NCBI GenBank assembly: GCA_043810925.1
Contig: JBDRNT010000140.1
Coordinates: 1-18,852, forward strand
DNA length: 18,852 nt
Origin: Candidatus Eiseniibacteriota bacterium
GTDB taxonomy: Bacteria; Arandabacterota; Arandabacteria; Arandabacterales; Arandabacteraceae
Direction of reading: 5' to 3'
A program made the position numbers and the translations under genes. The notes below the pieces were generated by a model, which did no database searches, had not been told where the DNA came from, and worked only from the letters and a program-made list of their open reading frames with translations. This document shows positions 8,424-16,450 of this stretch, one piece after another. Position 1 is the first letter of the stretch, and each line of letters starts with the position of its first letter.

Positions 8424-8615
8424 GCAAGTTGTGTGATTCCCGGAACTTATGTGACTTCCCCTGCGGCATGCCGGCTGCCCCGGTGTATCCTGCCCGTAGC
8501 CGCGCCTTGCAAGCGGAACCGCAGGCTCCCAGCAGGCATCCCATATGGTGGGACCCTCTGTTACGGTGTCCTGGCCGGCCTCGGATCTACCGAGAGCGGG
8601 GCGGGCCCGTTTGGG

Positions 8616-8644
8616 TTGCTATGGGTGAGAGTCTCTGTTATAAT
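8616..8644 (+). promoter_or_regulatory. Strong sigma70 promoter (extended -10) of the rightward 7-gene operon
   Basis: TTGCTA (8616-8621), 17-nt spacer, TATAAT (8639-8644), with the TG extension at 8636-8637. SD GGAGG precedes the ATG at 8678. Confidence 0.75.
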
Positions 8645-8677
8645 TGACTGAGAAGACGATCAGGGAGGAGTGTATCC

Positions 8678-10240
8678 ATGTGGCGAAGGATGATGCTGTT
8701 GACCTTCGCTGTAGTCGGGTGCGTGTGGTTCGGCTGCAGTAGCGAGAAACAGGTTGCGAAGTCCATTGAGGCAAGGGATCCCGCCGGCAGGGTGATTGTG
8801 CTCGGTTTCGATGGTCTGGAACCGACTCTGGTTCGCAAGTGGGTGAGCCAGGGTAAGTTGCCTACGTTCGCACGCCTGATGAAGGAAGGCAGTTTCACGG
8901 ACCTTGTGACGGTACTGCCGCCGTCATCGGCATCAGCATGGACGTCTGCCATGACCGGTGTCAATCCGGGTAAGCATGGGATCTATGGTTTCTTAAAGAC
9001 CACCGATTCCGACGTATCGGCCGCACCTGTATTTAACACATCACTGGACCGCGGCTTTCTTCCGGTGTGGGCCGTGCTCGGGGAATACGGCAGGAGGTCG
9101 TGTATCATAAACATCCCGTTATCCTCACCCGCCGACAGCCTGAACGGAATCATGATCGCAGGCTTCCCGCATGCGTCGGAAGACACCCGGTCTCACTACT
9201 GGCCCGACTCGCTTGCGAAGATGCTCGGCGACTATGATTTCGATGCCTTCAGGGTCACCTGTGCCAAGAACAGGGAAGACCGCTTTCTTGAGAAGATGCA
9301 GGGTATCGCCTCCAAGCGACTCAACCTGGGGCTCGAACTGTTCCAGGCGGGGGGATGGGATCTCTACTGGCTGGTCTTCACTTTCCCCGACAGGTACCAG
9401 CATTACCTGTGGAAGTACATGGATAAGGACCATCCGATGTACGATCCCATACGAGGTCCGGTCTACGGCGACAGAATCGAAGCCGCATACGTGATGGCCG
9501 ATAACTACCTCGCCGAGTTCATGAACAGGATGGAAGAGGGGGACCTGCTGATCCTGATGTCGGATCACGGCTTCGGACACCTTTACTACACCGTAAACTC
9601 ACGCAACTTCCTTCAGCGCACGCTGGGCAGCACCGACAACGTGGAGCCTACCGATTTCTTCGGGGCGAAGTTCAAGATCAATGTTTCCGGCCCCGACGCA
9701 GAGGACAGGTATCTCAGCATAAGAAACCGTCTCGTCGAGGGTCTGCGGACACTGGAGGACCCGGTAAGGGGCGGAGCCATAATAGACTCGATCTATACCA
9801 AAGAGGATATCTACAGCGGTCCGTATGTCGGCAGTGCTCCCGATATTATCTGTCTTGAAAAGCCCGGCTATCTGTTCTTCTCACTTCAGAAGACACCGGA
9901 CCTCAGGTTGCTGGATAGCGGGCCGGCTCCCGACAAAGCCTTCTCAGGATTCCATAGAAGAAGGGGTTCGATCGGGCTTTACGGTGATCGCGTAAGGGCG
10001 GGCCAGCTGACTGAGGCGAGAATAATCGATATCGCCGCCATTATACTGAGTTACCTTGGCGTCCCGGCTCCCCGTGAGATCGACGGGAAAGTGCCTGCCG
10101 GTATTTTCACGGATGATGCGGCGAGACCGATACGGTTCGTCAAGTCGGATGTTCCCGGGTACGTTAGACCGACCGGGCTGACAAGCCAGGACTCGGACAA
10201 GATAGAGAAGCAACTTCGTGCTGTGGGCTATATCCAGTGA
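8678..10240 (+). CDS. Alkaline phosphatase superfamily (type I phosphodiesterase / nucleotide pyrophosphatase-like) lipoprotein
   Basis: Lipoprotein-like signal (WFGC). Motifs VIVLGFDG (metal Asp), LPPSSASAWTSAMTGVNPGKHGIYGF (nucleophile loop), PDRYQH, MSDHGF and GFH. C-terminal IEKQLRAVGY tail. Confidence 0.85.
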   Translation: MWRRMMLLTFAVVGCVWFGCSSEKQVAKSIEARDPAGRVIVLGFDGLEPTLVRKWVSQGKLPTFARLMKEGSFTDLVTVLPPSSASAWTSAMTGVNPGKHGIYGFLKTTDSDVSAAPVFNTSLDRGFLPVWAVLGEYGRRSCIINIPLSSPADSLNGIMIAGFPHASEDTRSHYWPDSLAKMLGDYDFDAFRVTCAKNREDRFLEKMQGIASKRLNLGLELFQAGGWDLYWLVFTFPDRYQHYLWKYMDKDHPMYDPIRGPVYGDRIEAAYVMADNYLAEFMNRMEEGDLLILMSDHGFGHLYYTVNSRNFLQRTLGSTDNVEPTDFFGAKFKINVSGPDAEDRYLSIRNRLVEGLRTLEDPVRGGAIIDSIYTKEDIYSGPYVGSAPDIICLEKPGYLFFSLQKTPDLRLLDSGPAPDKAFSGFHRRRGSIGLYGDRVRAGQLTEARIIDIAAIILSYLGVPAPREIDGKVPAGIFTDDAARPIRFVKSDVPGYVRPTGLTSQDSDKIEKQLRAVGYIQ

Positions 10241-10244
10241 GGCC

Positions 10245-11570
10245 ATGAGAACCGAGAGAATAGGGCTGCGCAAGCTCCTCAGGCAGATTGCAGGTCGTGA
10301 CGGCATCGGTATAGAACTCAGGAGAGATATTGCCGATGCGGTCTCGGAGGGGGATCCGCTGGTTGCATGGGAGAAGACCCTTCAGATAATGCAGGGGCTC
10401 AATCGTGCGGGGGAGCTGGTGTGGTTGGGAATATCCGAAAGGGACGGCGAGAAACACATCAAGTTCAGGGATCCCGTGTCCGGAAACGTGTATTCCCTGA
10501 AGGAACCGCCCACACTCAAGGCGGAAGTGCTGCCGAGTCTGCCGCGCGGCTTCGTACGCAAACGTGATGCCGCCAAGATCGAATCAATGTTCACTTCCAT
10601 AGCTACGTGCAGGTCGGAAGATGAACTCGGCGGGGTGCTCACAAGGATGCTGGCCACCATAAGGGATATGGTCTCGGCGGATTACAGCGTCGTGTACTTC
10701 ACGGATGAGTCTCTTAAGAATGTCCTGGAGAAGACCGGTGACGGGCAGCCGCAGGCCGAATCGAGGTTCGCCCCATCGCTGACCGACCGGTGGGTCATAG
10801 ATGAAGGCTTCTGCGTGCATGTTCCCGACCTGAGACGGGCGGCAGAGCTCAGCCGTTTCTCAAACGGCGGGCTGTTCTCCTCGGTCGTAGTCGTACCGCT
10901 TAAGTCGAGAGGCAAGACCTATGGCCTGCTTGAGGTATGGAGCAGGATGGAATCCCATTTCACGGCCGACGATCTTGGTTTCCTCTCGCTTCTTGCCATG
11001 CTCGCTGCGGGCATGATACGTAATGCAGAACACCTGGAGACCCTGATTTTCAGGGACCCTCTGACACACGTCTATAACCGCGGCTTTCTCGAAGACCAGC
11101 TTGAACGGGAAATAGAACGTTACAAGCGGACCAACGAACCGGTGGGTTTCCTTATGGTCGATGTGGACAATTTCAAGAATGTCAACACCGACTTTGGTCA
11201 CCCGGTCGGTGACCTCGTACTGGCGGCGATCGGCCACGTGCTGGAGGACAAGGTCCGGCAGATAGATATTGTGTCCCGGTACGGTGGTGATGAGTTCGGC
11301 ATAATACTGCCCGATACGATCGGTGAGCATGCCTACCTGACCGCCGAGCGACTCCGAGAAGTTGTCGAAACTCACGACTTCGCGGCGGACTGCCCGGCAC
11401 TGGGAAACAGGAACATCACGATCAGCATCGGGGGCGCGATCTGTCCCGACGATGCGGTTACACGAGAGGGTCTGATCGAGAAAGCCGACCGCGCTCTTGC
11501 GGAAGCGGAGCGGACGGGCAAGAACCGCGCCGTTTTTCATGGATTGGCCCCGGAAGAGGGGAGCCCGTAG
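10245..11570 (+). CDS. GAF-GGDEF diguanylate cyclase with an unassigned N-terminal domain
   Basis: Start reassigned to the ATG at 10245, 4 nt after the upstream stop. GAF segment (SVVVVPLKSRGKTYGLLEV...FTADD). GGDEF domain with DPLT.VYNR, DVDNFKNVN..GH..GD, an intact RYGGDEF, and I-site RQID (RxxD). Confidence 0.92.
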   Translation: MRTERIGLRKLLRQIAGRDGIGIELRRDIADAVSEGDPLVAWEKTLQIMQGLNRAGELVWLGISERDGEKHIKFRDPVSGNVYSLKEPPTLKAEVLPSLPRGFVRKRDAAKIESMFTSIATCRSEDELGGVLTRMLATIRDMVSADYSVVYFTDESLKNVLEKTGDGQPQAESRFAPSLTDRWVIDEGFCVHVPDLRRAAELSRFSNGGLFSSVVVVPLKSRGKTYGLLEVWSRMESHFTADDLGFLSLLAMLAAGMIRNAEHLETLIFRDPLTHVYNRGFLEDQLEREIERYKRTNEPVGFLMVDVDNFKNVNTDFGHPVGDLVLAAIGHVLEDKVRQIDIVSRYGGDEFGIILPDTIGEHAYLTAERLREVVETHDFAADCPALGNRNITISIGGAICPDDAVTREGLIEKADRALAEAERTGKNRAVFHGLAPEEGSP

Positions 11571-11574
11571 CGGG

Positions 11575-11949
11575 ATGCCCTATGAAATCTCGACCGAGGT
11601 GGTTTTCTCAGCGGCCCACTACATAGCCGGCTACGAGGGTGACTGCGCGAACCTTCACGGGCACAACTGGACCGTGAGAGCCGCGCTTCGGGCCGGGAAG
11701 AACAGACCCACCGGGATGACCTATGATTTCAGAAAACTCAAAGCTCTTATGGCCGAGGTAATAAGCCCCCTTGATCACACCGTCCTCAATGACCTTCCCT
11801 TTTTTGCGGATAAGAACCCGACTGCCGAGACCATCGCCGAGTGGATCTACTGTGAGATAAGCGGGCGGATCAAGGATGATGCCGTCGGCCTCGCCCGGGT
11901 GGAGGTGTGGGAGTCAGCGTCCAACTGTGCCACCTACTCTGAGGATTAG
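11575..11949 (+). CDS. queD: 6-carboxy-5,6,7,8-tetrahydropterin synthase
   Basis: Start reassigned to the ATG at 11575. Motifs FSAAH, C..LHGHNW, LDH..LN, NPTAE and VWES. Adjacent to queC and queE. Confidence 0.92.
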   Translation: MPYEISTEVVFSAAHYIAGYEGDCANLHGHNWTVRAALRAGKNRPTGMTYDFRKLKALMAEVISPLDHTVLNDLPFFADKNPTAETIAEWIYCEISGRIKDDAVGLARVEVWESASNCATYSED

Positions 11950-11952
11950 GCG

Positions 11953-12633
11953 TTGAAGAACGTGGTGCTGCTCTCCGGCGGGCTTGACTCGGTAGTCAAT
12001 TTAAAGTGTGCGATCGACGAGTGTGAGGTCGGCCTGGCTCTCACGTTCGACTACGGTCAGGCCGCGTTTGCCAACGAGAAACATGCTGCGGCAGGCTGTG
12101 CGGAGCGCTACGGCATACCCCATCAGGTTGTCGATCTCAGGTGGTATGAGCATCTCCTGCCGGGTGCGATCTCGGGTCTTGGCGAAGCGCTGTCCTTCGG
12201 CGAGAGGTTGCCGGAGGACGGTGAGGGTCTTCTAAACGAGGCGTGGGTCCCCAACCGGAACTGCGTATTCTTAAGTATCGGCGGAGCTTTCGCCGAGGCA
12301 TCGGGTGCGGATGGTGTCGTGATCGGTATCAACCGGGAGGAGGCCGAGGTCTTTCCGGATAACACCGAAGCGTTCAGAGACGCCATGAATTCCGTCCTGA
12401 GTATCTCGACACGGTCCGGTGTGCGTGTGGTCACCTACACGTCCGGGATGTCGAAGAAGGAGATAGTCGAGTTGGGAAGGAGGATCGGGGCTCCGCTGGA
12501 TCTCATTTACTCATGCTATAGACGATCCGATGATCAGCGAATGTGTGGATCGTGTCAGTCGTGTATGAGGCTTAAGACCGCCTTGCGTAAGAATCAGATC
12601 CTCGATGAGTTCAAAGGGAGGTTTGCCTCGTGA
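11953..12633 (+). CDS. queC: 7-cyano-7-deazaguanine (preQ0) synthase
   Basis: TTG start. PP-loop SGGLDS, FDYGQ, VPNRN, FPD, and Zn motif SCY...CGSCQSC. Confidence 0.93.
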   Translation: MKNVVLLSGGLDSVVNLKCAIDECEVGLALTFDYGQAAFANEKHAAAGCAERYGIPHQVVDLRWYEHLLPGAISGLGEALSFGERLPEDGEGLLNEAWVPNRNCVFLSIGGAFAEASGADGVVIGINREEAEVFPDNTEAFRDAMNSVLSISTRSGVRVVTYTSGMSKKEIVELGRRIGAPLDLIYSCYRRSDDQRMCGSCQSCMRLKTALRKNQILDEFKGRFAS

Positions 12634-13187
12634 AGACGAAGTTTGTCGAGGAGCGGGTGGATTATTCCGGAAGGGAACTCAGGTCACACTGGCTTAAGGA
12701 GTGCTTCGGCTTGGAGGGCGATGCGGTGGCGGGGTTTGCGGGCTCATGCAGGGTTGTCGGTGAGGACCTGGTTGATCTGGAAGACTTCGAGCTCGGGCTT
12801 ACGGTCGAGGGTGACCGGATGCTTCACTTTATTGTGGAGATCTTCGGTGTGGGTCTCCCGGGCATCGTATTCGCCCAGCGCCTCCTGTGCGCAACTGCTC
12901 GGGAGCTGATCAACTCCGGTTGCGGAAAGGCGCTCGTGGACCGGAGGGGTGACGATCTCTTCGTGGGCGACCGCAAACTCTCGGTTTCGGTTGCTACCGT
13001 ATCGGGGGTCTCGGGCCTCATACATCTGGGACTCAATATCACCCGGGAAGGCGTCCCGGTGAAAGCGGCAAGCCTTGATGATATGGGAGTGGATTACGCA
13101 TCGCTTGCAGAGAAGGTACTGTCGAAGTTTGCAGACGAGATCGACTCGTGCATCGATGCGTCAAAGAAGGTCAGGCCGGTAAGTTGA
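12630..13187 (+). CDS. DUF366-like protein (lipoate/biotin-protein-ligase-like fold), function unknown
   Basis: GTG start overlaps the queC stop (GTGA). Motifs Y.G.ELRSHW, VDLED, MLHFIVE, GDDLFVGDRKLSVSVAT and HLGLN match DUF366 as I recall the family. GDDL...RKLS resembles the ND....KK/KL motif of LplA/BirA. Confidence 0.75.
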   Translation: MKTKFVEERVDYSGRELRSHWLKECFGLEGDAVAGFAGSCRVVGEDLVDLEDFELGLTVEGDRMLHFIVEIFGVGLPGIVFAQRLLCATARELINSGCGKALVDRRGDDLFVGDRKLSVSVATVSGVSGLIHLGLNITREGVPVKAASLDDMGVDYASLAEKVLSKFADEIDSCIDASKKVRPVS

Positions 13188-13918
13188 ACACGCAGACCGT
13201 CAATCTCAGTGAGATATTCGCCTCAGTTGAGGGCGAGGGTGTTAACCTGGGGAGACCCGCTGTCTTTGTCAGACTTGCCGGGTGCAACCTGGCGTGCTCC
13301 TTCTGCGATACGGGGTATGCGAGGGAGGAATCCGACTTTGCGTCGGTGCACGTGTCCGGCGATACGACCCTCGTGCCGAACCCCGTCGACTGTGAAACCG
13401 TCCTGTCGGTCATCACCACCGGTTTTCCGGACGAGCGGACTGTTGTCCTGACCGGCGGGGAGCCTCTCGTGCAGGTCGATGCGGTCCGTCATCTTGCGCG
13501 AAGATTGCGCCTCAGGGGCTACACCGTGCATCTTGAAACCAACGGCACGCTTGGCGGTGCTCTTGAGGGAATCAGAGACCTGATCGACTTTGTATGTATG
13601 GATATCAAACTCCCTTCTTCGCAGCAGGGTGTGAACCACAAACGGGAGCACAGGATCTTTCTCGAGATGCTCGGACACACGGACTGCGCAGTCAAGATCG
13701 TCGTTACCCCCGAAGCGACAGCGAGTGAGTTTGAAGAGGCCGTTGGTTTGATTGAGGACGTAAATCCGCATCTGCCGGTTCTCATCCAGCCCGCGTTCAC
13801 TGATTCCCGGCCCGCCGTCGGTGCCCGGAAGATATTGGATTTTCGGGAAGCGGCGGCATCCAGGCTGCGTGATGTCAGGATCTCGATTCAGCTTCACAAG
13901 ATACTCGGTGTACGATGA
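13184..13918 (+). CDS. queE: 7-carboxy-7-deazaguanine synthase, radical SAM
   Basis: Start reassigned to the TTG at 13184 (TTGA overlap with the DUF366 stop). Motifs EIF.S.EGEG, FVRLAGCNLACSFCDT (CxxxCxxC), LTGGEP, LETNG and C-terminal QLHK. Confidence 0.92.
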   Translation: MNTQTVNLSEIFASVEGEGVNLGRPAVFVRLAGCNLACSFCDTGYAREESDFASVHVSGDTTLVPNPVDCETVLSVITTGFPDERTVVLTGGEPLVQVDAVRHLARRLRLRGYTVHLETNGTLGGALEGIRDLIDFVCMDIKLPSSQQGVNHKREHRIFLEMLGHTDCAVKIVVTPEATASEFEEAVGLIEDVNPHLPVLIQPAFTDSRPAVGARKILDFREAAASRLRDVRISIQLHKILGVR

Positions 13919-14904
13919 TGAGTGGGCAGAGCGCTGGCATAACTTCGACCGTACCCATCGAGGTACTCTACGGGTCGAAGTGCTCGGTCATAGATCTCAA
14001 CAACGTCTTTATCGCGGATCGCTCCAATCTCTCTCTCGTGGAACGCGCGGAGCGCAAGGGCTTTCCCGAAGCAAGTTGCGCCTGGATCAAGGGCATCTAC
14101 TCCGCGGTCCACGATAGCGGTGTGGACAGCGTGATAGCCGTCACGCAGGGTGACTGCAGCAATACGCACGCGCTGATGGAGACGCTTGAGTTCGAAGACA
14201 TCAAGACCATTCCATTCATGTATCCCTATGATAGGGACAGGGACTTCCTGGTGCGTCAGATCACCAAGCTCTCCAGGGCGTTCGGAGTCGGCGAAGATGA
14301 CGTTCTGGAAACCAAGCGTCGACTCGACTCGATCAGGGAGAAAGTGAAAGAGATTGACAGGCTGACGTGGCAGGAGGGAGTAGTAAGCGGGTTTGAGAAT
14401 CACTGCTACCACCTGTCCTGTAGCGACATGAAAGGCGACCCCGCCGGTTTTGCCCGTGAGGTCGAGACCTTTATCGACACCCTCAGGGATCGAAGTCCGC
14501 TGGCGCACGATCTCCGCCTGGGCTATGTCGGGATTCCACCCATCATGAGTGGCATACACGAGTTCGTCGAGAGCAACGGCGGCCTGATCGTCTTCAATGA
14601 ACTCCAGCGACAATTCGCTATGCCGCACATGTGTGACGATATCATCGACCAGTACCTTCGCTACACCTATCCCTATCACATCCGCTACCGGCTCGATGAC
14701 ATCAAGACCGAGATCAAACGGAGAGGAATCGACGGCGTCATTCACTACGTCCAGGCGTTCTGTTTCAGGCAAGTGGAGGACATCATCTTAAGAAAAGAGA
14801 TCGACGTCCCCGTCCTGACCGTCGAGGGCAACCGGCCCGGCAGAATCGATCTCAGAACCCGGGTACGGATCGAAGCCTTCCTCGACCTGCTCCGCTCCCG
14901 ATAG
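13915..14904 (+). CDS. 2-hydroxyacyl-CoA dehydratase / benzoyl-CoA reductase subunit-like (HgdB/HGD-D family) FeS protein
   Basis: ATGA overlap with queE. Motifs GITSTVPIE, CAWIKG, QGDCSN, IDGVIHYVQAFC, PVLTVEG and RVRIEAF are typical of the HGD-D family. Three Cys are positioned as [4Fe-4S] ligands. Confidence 0.82.
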   Translation: MMSGQSAGITSTVPIEVLYGSKCSVIDLNNVFIADRSNLSLVERAERKGFPEASCAWIKGIYSAVHDSGVDSVIAVTQGDCSNTHALMETLEFEDIKTIPFMYPYDRDRDFLVRQITKLSRAFGVGEDDVLETKRRLDSIREKVKEIDRLTWQEGVVSGFENHCYHLSCSDMKGDPAGFAREVETFIDTLRDRSPLAHDLRLGYVGIPPIMSGIHEFVESNGGLIVFNELQRQFAMPHMCDDIIDQYLRYTYPYHIRYRLDDIKTEIKRRGIDGVIHYVQAFCFRQVEDIILRKEIDVPVLTVEGNRPGRIDLRTRVRIEAFLDLLRSR

Positions 14905-15093
14905 CCCGACGCCGTGCCCCCCCACGCTCAGGCTGACCGCGCGAGAACTCTCTACTCGAGGGTCCTGACGATGTGAATCAGCGGCGAGCAAGGTGGCGAG
15001 GCTCTTGCCCTGCCAGAGCCGTGACACCGCAGCGCGGCCGCTGGATGCGCTGGTTACGCTGCCGACCTCCTCAACCTCCGACTTATCTGCCTG

Positions 15094-15155
15094 TTGCGTC
15101 AAAATAAAAAGTATCTGAAATGGCATTCGTTGCCTCAGAAATAAATGTATCTGAA
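15094..15155 (+). repeat. IS left-end tandem motif pair (putative transposase binding sites)
   Basis: TTGCGTCAAAATAAAAAGTATCTGAA (15094-15119) and TTGCCTCAGAAATAAATGTATCTGAA (15130-15155), with a 36-bp period. Confidence 0.85.
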
Positions 15156-15211
15156 TCGGGTGGTGGAGAATTGGGGTTGTCACGAGTATGTGAGCAGTGT
15201 GAAGGCTTCTT

Positions 15212-16450
15212 TTAGAAGGTAGCGACATGGGCCATCTTCTCCTCGCTTTTGCTGCTGGTGATCTGATGTCTTCTCTTGGAGGCTACCAACTTGTGGAGGC
15301 TTTGCTGTAGTTTAAGCATATCTCGACGCAACTTGGCGGGATTGAGCGTCGCATATTGCTTCCTCAGTCGGGCTTTGACCGTCTTGGAGACCTGTCTGGA
15401 GGCGAGGATACGAGCGTATGGGGTCTGAGGTCGATCATGTCGCTTCCTGACCTTGCTTCCTTCCCTGATCTTGTCGACCAACTTCATCTGGGGCAGGAAG
15501 AAGTTGGCGTATAGCCGCCAGATGGAGTATATGCGCTTAAGCAGATCCAACTCCTTGTCGGTATCGTAGCGGAAGTAGCCCACGGTCTGCCTCACGGCCG
15601 TGTAGTTCTTCTGCTCGACATAGCAGTTGTCATTCTTGCGCCCCGCTCGGCACCGGGTGAAGGTGATCTTCTCAGCCTTGCAGTAACGAAACAGATGATC
15701 GTTGATGAACTCGCCACCGGTGTCGGAGTTGATGCCGAGAAGGGGGAAGGGCAGGTGCGCTCTTACATCCTTCAGGGCCTCGAATGTCCACACCTGCGCC
15801 TTGTTGCGAAGACCCCTTATCTCTGTCCAGCCAGTGGCAACATCGGTTGCGCTGAGGCTCTGGCAGAAGTCGCCCCGTGAGTTGCCACCCTCATGGCCAA
15901 CCAGATCTACCTGGAGAAACCCGACGTCGGCATCGTCCCAGTCGGCGAAAGTACAGATCGGGATCTTGTGCTTCAAGAGGCTCCCTGGCTTGGTGCCACT
16001 GCGACCCTTCAACTCCAGATGCCCTCGATCGCCGGCAAGCAGACGGTCGGCTGTAGAGGCACTAATGGAGAGGAGCAGATGACGAACCTCATCTGAGACA
16101 TCCAACTCCTTGAACCGGGTCAGCACACAGATCATCTCATCCATGTTGGCCACCATGCGCTTACCGCAGGCAAAGTCTAAGATACCCCAGATCTTGCGTA
16201 AGTGACCCAGGACCTCAGGACCATATTTCCTCTTCCTGCCTCGCTTGCCAAGTCGATGGCACCGCCGGACCGTCGGCTGGTATCGGCTCCTCTCACCACC
16301 CCTCAAGACACGAGCGCCATAGCAGCGGTTGTAACCGGTCAGAGCAACGAACTCGTCAAGAAGTCGACCCTTGTCCTTCTTCCTGGCCCTCCTGTAGCGC
16401 TTCGCTGCCTCTTTGACAACCGTCTTACGTGTCCTCATGTCCATCCCCAT
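15212..16450 (-). CDS. DDE (integrase core, rve) transposase
   Basis: Start reassigned to the ATG at 16450 (SD AGGAGG 8 nt upstream). Basic helical N-terminus (RYRRARKKDKGRLLDEFVALTGYNR). Catalytic triad candidates: LQVDLVGH, INSDTGGEF and NCYVEQKN. The frame is intact, 412 aa. Confidence 0.9.
   Translation of the reverse strand: MGMDMRTRKTVVKEAAKRYRRARKKDKGRLLDEFVALTGYNRCYGARVLRGGERSRYQPTVRRCHRLGKRGRKRKYGPEVLGHLRKIWGILDFACGKRMVANMDEMICVLTRFKELDVSDEVRHLLLSISASTADRLLAGDRGHLELKGRSGTKPGSLLKHKIPICTFADWDDADVGFLQVDLVGHEGGNSRGDFCQSLSATDVATGWTEIRGLRNKAQVWTFEALKDVRAHLPFPLLGINSDTGGEFINDHLFRYCKAEKITFTRCRAGRKNDNCYVEQKNYTAVRQTVGYFRYDTDKELDLLKRIYSIWRLYANFFLPQMKLVDKIREGSKVRKRHDRPQTPYARILASRQVSKTVKARLRKQYATLNPAKLRRDMLKLQQSLHKLVASKRRHQITSSKSEEKMAHVATF

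Noticed and set aside
8429-8651. Two 72-aa ORFs and small hairpins in the divergent intergenic region
   Set aside because: They have no SD, a Pro/Arg/Gly-rich non-coding-like composition, and run over the predicted rightward promoter. The hairpins are only about 5 bp.
11540-11575. preQ1 riboswitch upstream of queD
   Set aside because: There are only 4 nt between the GGDEF stop and the queD start, and no AGAGGTTCTAG-type stem with an A-rich tail is visible.
13220-13240. QueE motif reads SVEGEG instead of the usual S[IL]QGEG
   Set aside because: This is a single conservative change, and all other QueE motifs including CxxxCxxC are intact. It is insufficient to claim altered function.
11575-14904. 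Dpd-type DNA 7-deazaguanine modification / anti-phage island
   Set aside because: There is no dpdA/tgtA5, dpdB, dpdC or helicase/nuclease gene in the window, and the context looks like core chromosome. Such genes elsewhere in the genome cannot be excluded.
14905-15091. Short GC hairpins after the que operon (GGCTCT/AGAGCC; CAGCGC/GCGCTG) as terminators or an ncRNA
   Set aside because: The stems are only 6 bp with large loops and no U-tract, which is compatible with chance in GC-rich DNA.
14788-15228. 146-aa minus-strand ORF immediately following the transposase, as a possible IS accessory gene
   Set aside because: It runs through the terminal repeats, beyond the IS end and antisense into the dehydratase-like gene, and shows no recognisable motif.
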